Shown piece by piece: positions 54,554 through 64,000 of a stretch of DNA of 64,000 nucleotides. Source of the DNA: Calcarisporiella thermophila CBS 279.70 (taxonomy: Eukaryota > Fungi > Calcarisporiellomycota); contig NW_027192194.1 of assembly GCF_041956535.1 (NCBI RefSeq), forward strand, positions 943,103 through 1,007,102. The letters run 5' to 3'. The notes beneath the pieces were generated by a model. That model had not been told where the DNA came from and searched no databases. It saw only the letters and a program-made list of their open reading frames with translations. Each line of letters starts with the position of its first letter. Positions within the stretch are counted from its first letter, which is position 1. A program made the position numbers and the translations under genes.

Positions 54554-57500
54554 ATGGCCCTTGCTCCTACCCCTACCGCACAATCACCCGCTTTTTCCCA
54601 TGGATCGCCGACAATTGCTACAAATGCTACACCCGCAGCTATATCAACCCCAAGCTATCATGCCTTTCATAAGAAAGAAGTAGTCGTTTTATGTGTAATC
54701 GAGGGAACTGCGAAGATGAAAGAGCATTTTGCAGCATTGATCGATAATTATATTGATCCAATAATGAAGTAAGTGTCATAGTATTTACTGCCACGGATAC
54801 GGTCTCGATTAATAGAACTTGAAATGTGGATACTTTAGACAACTTCGAACCCCTGTTATTATGGAAGGCGATGATAAGCAGCAGAGGACAAAAATTACGG
54901 TATACCAGATTTACATTTCATTGTTAAACCATTTAACGACTTAATTTATATTTACTTTTACTTTTTATTTTCTTGTTAAAGCCCACATTGAAGTATGGAT
55001 TGGTGGTTTATGGCGACTACGAGCCTTTCTCCGCTGTTACCGTTGATCGGAAATACTTCACCCAAGACTTTCGTACTTTCTCCAATATGCTGCGGAATCT
55101 CGAGTTTCGGAATGGTGGTCTATTACAGAATGCGACTGGAGAAGGCTTAGTGGCCGCCCTGGAGGTGTGTATCTAGTTATATACTGGAAAGGAGTGCAAT
55201 TTTCTAGCATTGTTCCCTCTATGATAGATGTTCGACATGTACAAGCAACGCCGGCACCCGGATAGTCCACCTCCTATACTTCACTGCATATTAGTTGCGG
55301 CCAGCCCCCCACATATGACTGGTTGTCGTTGTAATATTCGCGGCAAATACGATAACTTCACTTTATCAGATATTCAGTCAGCATTGGTTGAGGTAAAAAC
55401 GTGTTTATTGCGTTTTTATGAATTGATCACTCAATTGATAAAATTTTTCACACCTGGCAGGAATCAATCAGGCTATCTCTAATTACTCCACGAAAAGGTT
55501 TAACCGAATTAGAGGCACTTGTAACCAACGTCAATAGCGGGATCGGTGTAGATGTAGTCAATGCAATCGAGTCAGCCGATCAACACCAAGTAGTTAAACT
55601 GGCTGGTTTCAAACTGCCTCCACCCTCTGCCGTGTGGGCTGGTGGTAATATCTCTCCCTGTTACTTGAATATTCATATAGTCATTTTCATCCTTTTACAC
55701 TCAATACAGTACCTCCTTACACGGGTGTAAAACGCGAAAACCCGACCTCATCTCCTACAATCACATCGAATAGTCCTCTTCAATCCTCCTTAGACTCGAG
55801 TGCTTCAGCGCCGAAGCGGCAAAAGACTGAAGATAAACCTCAGTCAATACAGCTTCCGCCGCAAGTCCCACCCCAGTTAATGACGCAGCAACAACCCCAA
55901 CAGCCTCAACAGCAACCGCCACCACCAGCACCACAGCAACAACAGCAGCAGCAGCCACCACCGCAGCAGCAACAACAACAGCCGCCGCAACCACAGAACC
56001 AGATTTCACAATCCTCTGAACAAACACCGCAGGAAGCGCCTCAACCACAAGTTTCTACACAGCAGCAAGGTGGTCCTCAATCGCTTGCTGCTCAAACCTC
56101 TCATCAACCTCAGCAACAACTTCCGACCACAATGCCTCCACAAGCAACAGCGTCACTGCAACAGCAGCAGTTGCTTCAATTTCTAAAGCAAGCACAACAA
56201 CAACAGTCACAACAACAGCAGACGCAACAGCAACAGCAAGGATCTGGTCGAAAACCATCAGGAGGTAATGGCATACAAACTGCTATGGCACTAGCACAGC
56301 AGCTTACTGGCCAACAAATCACTGACCCACAAACGCTTCGGCTTTTACAACAACAACTACCAAGCTTATTACGAAATCCTGCTGGATTGGCAATGCTGGC
56401 AATGCAGCTAAAACAGTCTCAGGCTGGACAGACTAAACCAACCCAAGGGCCTCCCCAGCAACAGCAGCCGCAGCCGCAACAACAACAGCAGCAGCAGCAG
56501 CAGCCACAGCCGACACAATCTTCTGCTCCGACAGAGCAATCATCTGCAGCGACTCAACCCACTTCTACCATTCAATCACGACAAACACCACAACAGATGC
56601 CCTCTGCTATTCAGCAACTTCAAGCCCAACTTCAAGGACGTCAACTAAGCCCACAGATGCAACAGCAGCTGGTACAGATTGCACAGCGACAGGGTCCACA
56701 GGCTGTAGCATTGTTCCTGCAACAGCATCAACAAGCTCAAGGGCAACCTCAACAGGAAAACCCAGTATCAGAGTCTCTACAACAAGTGCGCCCCACTTCT
56801 TCACTTACCGGGGCCCAAGGCGCGTCCCCTGTGGTCCAAGCAAGTCCTCTCCTCGGTGCTAATGGGCAGGTCTCTCTCTCGCCAGTACTACAAAGCGTCC
56901 CACTACCTGCATCACCCAACCTGTCCGGGCGGTCACCTCGCACTGTTGTAAATCCTCCTTCCGCTGGACGTCCTCCACAGGCTACCGCTCAGCCCCAAGG
57001 TCAATCCAACACCTCTCCGCTCATGGGTGCGCAGCAAAATTTCCTCGCGCAATTCCTCCAACAGCAACAGCAACAGCAACAGCAAAATAACGATCAATCC
57101 AATGGAGCGATGAGGACTGTGCACGCGCAGCAAATTTTGCAGCAACTCAAGAACGCACAACTTCAGCAGCAACAACAGCAACAGCAAGGGCAAGTAGGGC
57201 AGGGTATGCAGCAACCAGCCACTCAAACTCCACCCCAACCTTCTCAACTACCCCAGCAGCAGCCGGTACCAGTGCAGCAATCACCCGTGCAACAGGCTGC
57301 AGCACAATCCGCTCAAGTTCGGCCTGGCAATGGAAGAGTGCCTACAGTGCTTTGGAGTGGGCAGATCACATGGCCGATGAAAGATACTATTTCAAATCAA
57401 ACCCGGCCAGGAAGTGTGACTGTATATGCATTACCAGTACAGCAGCAGCGTCAAGGTCCACCTTTCGCAATGGAGGACTAGTATGTCTTATGCATCGTGG

Positions 57501-58376
57501 GTTTGAGAGACAATGTTCTTTAACCGTTTTCTTTTATTCCACTCTAGCATGGTACAATCTTGGCCTAAACGCCTAGTTATTTCCCGACTCATGCCGGCTA
57601 AAATCATGGTACTTCAGAGGCTCGCTGCGGAGCATCGGCTCCCGTACGTCCAGTTTATTCCGCCCTCGGCCGATAAGGAAAACGATCGCTGGCTCGAAAT
57701 GTTAACGAACACACTTGAGCAAAAGAAGATGGTGGCGTGTGTCAATTTTGCGCCTGGAGTTAACCGCTTTGGAATGGTGCTATTGTATACAATGCGAAAA
57801 CTGGTTGGCTTCTTGTTCCTAAAGGTGCCGATACCCGATCTGACCACTGCTGGCGGACCAGTGGCAATGGGACAGGCCCAGCAGGCGGGTCAACCTCAAG
57901 GTGGCCAGCAGCAGCAGCAACAAGCCCAGCAGCCCCAACCGCAATCCCAACCACAACCGCCGCAACAGCAACAAGGACAAGTACAGCCACAAGGTCAAGC
58001 AACCCCACAACAGCCTCAAGCACAGGTCAACCAACAGCAGCTGGCCCAATTCCTTGGACAGGCAATGGCTCCACTTCAGTCCCAACAGAATCCTGCCGCT
58101 CAGCAAGCAGCAGCATTAGCGGGTTTGCAGAACATACCTGCATCCATGGTGCCCGGGTTGTTGCAGCAGCAGATGATGAATCCCCTCCAGAGACAACAGT
58201 TGCAGCAACTATTAGCGACTGCAGCAGCCAGTGGGCAGCTACCCAATGGATTATTGCAGCAGGGGATAGGCGGTGCCGCTAATAATAATGCAGCAGGCGG
58301 CACCATCAATTTGCTGGCCTTACAGCAAAGATTGTCTCAGATGCAACAACAGCAACAACATCAAAACCCATCCTAA
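54554..58376 (+). CDS. MED25: Mediator complex subunit 25 (vWA domain, Gln-rich region, ACID/PTOV domain)
   Basis: vWA: VVVLCVIEGTAKM..YIDPI, YGLVVYG, EGLVAALEMFD, HCILVAASPP. Long polyQ region. ACID-like: LWSGQITW, WPKRLVISRLMP, YVQF, MVACVNF, MVLLYT..LVGF. Confidence 0.82.
55886..58362 (+). repeat. Multiple CAA/CAG polyglutamine tracts within MED25
   Basis: Several Q4-Q9 runs and Q/P-rich segments. Confidence 0.85.
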
Positions 58377-58803
58377 TGTTTTGTTTCACAATCCTTTATC
58401 ATACTTGTGTCTGTTTTAATTTTTTTTCTCTTTCCTTCACTCTTTTTGATCCTTTCTTTTTTTCTTGTTAATTTTCTTTCTAGTGCTATATTATTATTCA
58501 ATAATCTACTTTATTTTTTTTTGGCTTTTCTTTTTTTTTTCTCTCTTCATTTTGTCAGAGTATATGTGATGTGCGAGTTTGTTTTAAAAAATTTCCTCTC
58601 TCGTCTTTGAATAGTTCCAGGATACAATGGCGCAGCACACTGGATTTTAAGTACGTAAACACAACCAAGGATTAACTTTAGAATCTCGCGAACATTAAGC
58701 GAATAGAGATCTCTCTGATTAATTTTCTAAACACACGATCCTCGAGATCGTACTCTTTTCTCTATTTTTTCTTTTGTAAGGCGAAGAATACCAAGCGCAC
58801 AAA

Positions 58804-59617
58804 ATGGTAAATGCATCATGGTTTCTATGATTTTTGGATGGATTTAACAATAGTCTAACTTCTAACTCGTGGCTTTTTTTATTTTTCTTGGTAGACGATA
58901 TCGAAGAATTCCAAGATGGTCAATCTGATCAACTATCGGCTGCGGGTGACCCTCTCCGATACTAGATCCTTCTCTGGCCAGATGCTTGCCTTCGATAAGC
59001 ACATGAATTTAGTCCTTGCCGATTGTGAGGAGTTCCGTAAGCTAAAGCAGAGCAACGGAGGTGAGGTACGTGAGGAAAAGCGCACGCTTGGCCTCGTTAT
59101 TCTGCGCGGAGAGACCATTGTGTCCCTAAGTGTTGAAGCTCCTCCCCCTCCATCTGCCGACGATCACAGCCGGCGGGCTCAGATGCCCACTGGTCCTGGA
59201 GTGGGCCGCCCCGCAGGAAGAGGTATGCCTGTGGCACTTCCTGGTGCCCCAATGGGCCTTCAGGGTCCCGTTCACGGCGTCGGTGGACCCTCTGCGCAAA
59301 TGATGACTCCTCGGGGTCCTACTGCACAGGGCGCTCCTGTGGCCTACGGCCGGCCTCCAATGCCGCCAGGAGGGGTACCGCCCCGCCCCGGTATGCCCCC
59401 ACCGATGGGCTTCCGCCCCGGCCAACCGGGAATGCCTCCTCCAGGATTCCGGCCTCCCCCTGGTATGCCTGCTGGCGCCCGCCCTGGTGCACCTCCAGGC
59501 CAATTCCCTCCTGGTCAAATGCCCCCAGGTTTTCGACCTGGTATGCCTCCGCCAGGTTTCCGTCCTCCTCCGGGGCAAGGCCCGCCTCCTGGCTACAGGC
59601 CACCTCCTCAGATGTAA
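58804..59617 (+). CDS. SNRPB: Small nuclear ribonucleoprotein SmB
   Basis: ATG-only first coding exon, intron 58807-58894. [20 protein letters not shown]...[18 protein letters not shown]...[17 protein letters not shown], followed by PPPG(F/M)R repeats. Confidence 0.96.
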
Positions 59618-61219
59618 TGATTTCCGCATGAGCGACATTATGTGTTTCTAGGGAGCTATAACTATTCTTTGGCGATAAATGGATAATGTTAAGATCTCGA
59701 CCTCTTCTTCCTTGCCATTCCCTTTTTACGTTGAATGGGATGACATGGAGCAGTTTTTTTATTGTTCTCCCCTTTTTCTTGAAAGAGGGTTCTTTATTTT
59801 CTCATAAAAGTTTCACTTCTCTGCTTGATTTTGGTTTTTCTATATTATCTTTGTAAATGAATAAATAGTTTTATCCCACCCATTGTATTCCAACCCCATT
59901 TTGCAACGGTCGGATCTGAATGATAAGATTCAGCCAGAGAATACCAAGCCGTTGGTTTTTGGTTCAAATGATGTACCGCTCAACTTTTAAGGGAACCGAC
60001 AATGCCTTAGGTGTAATGTCTGTGGAAGGCTGGAGGGTAGTTTAGGATCCTGAAGACTTTGAATCACAAGCATCTCTGCACGTTGAAGAACCATTTCCCG
60101 AGAGTTCTTTATCGATATTGCAGACCATTTGTAATCGATGCTACACACTAAAGAGGAGTAGGAAAATGCCACGAAAAAACCACGTGAGTCAACAAAGCCC
60201 TTGGTTCTTTCTAGTATTGCTTAGAACATGAATTCAATAGGATTGGAAAAATAGGCACTCATACCACTCCCATTTCCTGTTCATCTCTACCCTCCTCTAT
60301 TCTTTAACAATAATGTCTTGTAAAAACTCCTATGTATGGTAATTTTGACTTTGAGTTGGGATTTTCTTGGCCGAAAGAAAGGATCTCATCATAAAGTTCA
60401 AGATTGTAGCCAGAAAAGAGGAAGGGGCACTAGAAAATACCTCCGAGAGTGCAGATGGTTTTCCGTCAAAACCTTTCATCCTCTCTAGCTAATTTTGGTT
60501 TGCCTGGGAACGGATGGCGTAATAAAGTGTAAGCCCTAGTATCTTGTGCAATGTTCCTCTCGTGATTCATGATTATTTTCCTTCTTTCGGTGTTGCAACT
60601 GGTAGGGGCTCAATTGTGTATTTTCGATATACGCAATATTTACAGAAGTCCGTTTCTGCTCTATCGTAGAAGAGTCCGTGGAAAAACAGAGGTGAGCCAA
60701 AAATAAGAACCGCCTTAGCGACAAAAATGTTCGAGAACGACCGCAGTGCAAAGAACAAGCAAAGCTAACCCCCAATTAAATTGTTCTGAGCCACATCGAA
60801 GCGAGCACATGACTGGCGTTGTTGATAAGTAGATAGAACCCTTAAGATATCCGCATGTACTTCGGGCACCGAAACTACGAAAAGCGCGTCGTCCCGGCAC
60901 CGAATGATTTTCGGGAAAATAAATTGTATTGTGTTAGAGTTTGAGCACGCAAAGGAGATGATCTTGGTAAGCTTTCAGTATGCTTTGAACTGCGGTTCCA
61001 CCGAATATTACACGAAGCTGGTTGTGTATCTTGAAGGGAGTGCAAATCACGGAGGCAGGGAAATGTATAAAACGTAAGCTCTCCCCTCCTCTGACTATAT
61101 TTATTTAAATAGCCGTGCGAATTTTTGTTGCATTTGCAGAGAGAAGAGCCAGTTGTCCTCGGGTTTCTCTGTAGCATTTTATTGTCCATATTCTTCATAC
61201 CCCCCCCCCTTTATAGATC

Positions 61220-63776
61220 ATGCAAGACCGCAAAAGCAGTCTAAAGAGATCACTTATTCTTGCTTCGGCACTAGTGGCTAGCGCCGGTCTCTTCATTAGT
61301 AGCGTCGACGCTGCACCGCAGTGGTGGAGGCGTCAAGATCAGTCTACGTGCACAGACGCAGAGTGTGTGGCCACCGCAGAGGCCATCCTCAAGGATGGCG
61401 ATTTCAACCTCGATCCGTGTGTGGACTTTTACGACTATGCTTGTTCAAATTTCGTCAAGACTCACGAAGTTCCCAAAGAGAAACCCCGCATCGGCGCCTT
61501 TGATATCCTCTACGACAAGAACCAGGAGCTACTAAAGAACGTGCTTGAAGCGCCCTTCAAGCCTGCGGAAAATACAACGGAGGAGGAAACTAAGATTGAT
61601 CAGCAAAACTTCGAGAAGCTTCAAGCGGTGCGTGGTCGTTTGGATGATCCTTCATTTGCTTTGTGTGGCTCATATCTTTTATGTTGTAGCTCTATCAATC
61701 GTGCATGGACGAAAACACGATTGCCTCCCTAGGGGCGCAGCCTGCTCTCCCGGTCGCCAAACTCGTGGTGGACAACCTCCCGCTGGCGCAGGCTCTCCCC
61801 CTGTATTTCAACGGCGAACAACAGCAGGCCCCGCCCGCTGACGGCAAGGCTATTGCGAAATTATTCGCCACCCTCCGACGCAGCTCTATTTCGGGACCGT
61901 TCCAGGGTAGCGTTGATGTCGACAACAAAGACCCCAACTCCAACGTATTCTGGATTGTGGAGAGTGGTCTTGGCCTTCCAAGCCGAGAGTACTATAAGGA
62001 GGAGGATGTCCTTTCCGTCTACCGCACCGCGATAGCTGATACCTTTGGACTCGTTCTCGGTGGTGAGGGCGGCATAGGTGCCAAGTTGTGGCCCAACACC
62101 CCCTTAGCCAACGAGACTTTCACCAAGATGGCAAACCAGGTTGTGCAGATCGAGACCGCTATTGCCAACTTCACCCTCTCCAGTGCGGATAAGAGCGACC
62201 CCATCAAGACCTACAACCCCACCAAGCTCGCTGATCTCGCACAGCTGGCCCCCGCGGTGGACTGGAATTTGTACCTTCAGACTGTCCTCGGTGAGGGCGT
62301 CAAGCTCCCCGAAACTGTATTCCTCGACTCGCCCGATTATTTCAAGGCCTTGTCTGCCAATGTGTTGGCAACCACTCCTGCGCCTGCTCTCCAGGCCTAT
62401 CTCCTCTGGCGCGCCATTGCCTCCTACACTGGCGGACTAGCCGTCAGCTATCAGATGCCAGTGCGTCGCCTCAATGAGAAAATCAGGGGCGTCAAGGCCG
62501 ACGCCCTCCCCCCTCGCTGGCAGACATGTCTGGGCGCAGTCACCAATAACATGGGTCAGAGTCTGGGCCGCTACTATGTTCTCCAAAAATTCACGGGCAA
62601 TTCAAAACAGCTAGCTGATGGTAGGGTTTGCTTGGCTTTGCTGTGTCTTGTAGAGAGTTAACTCACGGTCCTTGATCTCTTTCTTTCCCTCCCCCATCTC
62701 CCCATTTTCTAGACCTTGTTACTGGCCTCCGCACTACATTCAAGGAGAGCCTCCCCAACATCACTTGGCTTGATGAGCCGACCCGCGCGAAAGCGACCGA
62801 GAAGATTGACAAATTCACGCAGAAGATCGGATACTCCACCAATACCCCTGATGTGCTGAAGCCCTCGTCGATCCAAAAGTTCTATGAGGGGCTCGAGGTC
62901 AACAAGAGCGAGTATTTTGCCAACCAGTTGCGGGCCAGCCAGTGGGGCGCGGCTAAGCAGCTTGCTGACTTTGGCAAGCCCGTCGACAAATCGGTCTGGT
63001 CCATGAACCCGCACACCGTCAACGCCTACTATCAGCCCGTGTTCAATGAAATCGTATTCCCAAGCGGTATCCTCCAATCCCCCTTCTACGATGCCAAACT
63101 CCCAGAATAGTAAGTATTTGCACCCCGTATAGAAGTGGCTCAATTTTCCAAGCTATGCGCATTTTACTAACTCTCGGGCTTTGTTTGTTTTTATTTCCAT
63201 CTACTGTTATCCAGTCTCAACTATGGAGGTATCGGGGTGGTGGCAGGCCATGAAATTACCCATGGCTTCGACGACTCGGGGCGATCATTTGACGGGACTG
63301 GCGCAATGAATGACTGGTGGACGAATGCGACTGCACAAGCCTTCAATGAGCGAGCCCAATGCTTCGAGAATGAGTATTCCAACTTCACGGTCAAAGGCCC
63401 CGATGGCACGGATGTGAAGGTGAATGGGAAGCTCACCCTCGGCGAAAACATTGCGGACAACGGCGGGTTGCGGCAGGCGTTTGTCACGTGGAAGAAGCGT
63501 TTCGATTCAGACCCGCAGATGCAGAAGTACAACAATCGCCTCATCCCCGGCCTCGAGAAATTCACACGTGAGCAGCTCTACTTCATCTCGTATGCGCGTG
63601 TGTGGTGCTCGAACCAGACGCCGGCCTACCTGGTCAACCAGGTCCGCACCGACCCCCACTCCCCCACGCGCTGGCGTGTCAACGGCGCCGTCAAGAACTC
63701 GCCCTACTTCGCAGAGGCCTACAAGTGCCCGCCCGGCTCGCCAATGAACCCCGCCGACAAATGCGCCCTCTGGTAA
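61220..63776 (+). CDS. Secreted M13 (neprilysin/ECE-like) zinc metalloendopeptidase
   Basis: Signal peptide; DPCVDFYDYAC, VNAYY, NEIVFPSGILQSPF, HEITH zinc motif, GENIADNGG, DPHSP and CALW end; three introns. Confidence 0.95.
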
Positions 63777-64000
63777 ATCGCATGAGAAAATGCACCAGCA
63801 GAGGCATGCTGGTGATCGTGTTAGCTTTGACCATGCAGCCCAAGCATTCTCCCTACTGCTATTCGTACATTTGTAATCTGTAATCCCTCTCGATTTTGTA
63901 TTCTGCCGACGACGTAAGCCACAGCGCAAACTAATCTCGTTCAATAAACTAATTTTGGGCAAGTGGTGGTTTTGTTTTATTTCCCTTGTTTGCCGAATTT

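Noticed and set aside
59618-61219. Several 60-107 aa minus-strand ORFs between SmB and the M13 gene
   Set aside because: No recognisable motifs, several start at non-ATG codons; interpreted as the M13 promoter region.

Overview
Eukaryotic, intron-rich and gene-dense sequence: 25 protein-coding genes in 64 kb, with mostly 50-100 nt GT-AG introns and several divergent gene pairs whose start codons are <200 bp apart. Gene content points to an early-diverging (non-Dikarya) fungus such as Mucoromycota or Zoopagomycota; this is inference. Order: 5'-truncated Gly-rich repeat protein, Nrg1-like C2H2 TF, copper-fist TF, two microproteins, SEN54, DHR1/DHX37, PUT2, DPH1, a tail-anchored unknown, a bacterial-type Mn-SOD, APC7, a MAP2K, a secreted His-brace LPMO-like protein, RRG7, a PHD-F-box-LRR protein, a Cys-rich membrane protein, RPS8, GCV1, PEP7, YPT7, PLPBP/YggS, a SNF2/STH1 ATPase, a multi-KH Bicaudal-C-like protein, HROB, MED25, SmB and an M13 peptidase. 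I saw no rRNA, tRNA, transposon or CRISPR. Most notable: (i) an NLS-PHD-F-box-LRR protein that appears only after splicing across short exons, a candidate chromatin-reading SCF substrate receptor; (ii) an intron-containing Mn-SOD with bacterial SodA-type signatures and no presequence; (iii) three genes absent from model yeasts (MED25, APC7, HROB); (iv) an LPMO-like protein with mixed family motifs; (v) two genes not represented in the ORF track. CDS coordinates span introns. All assignments come from manual motif recognition, not database searches.
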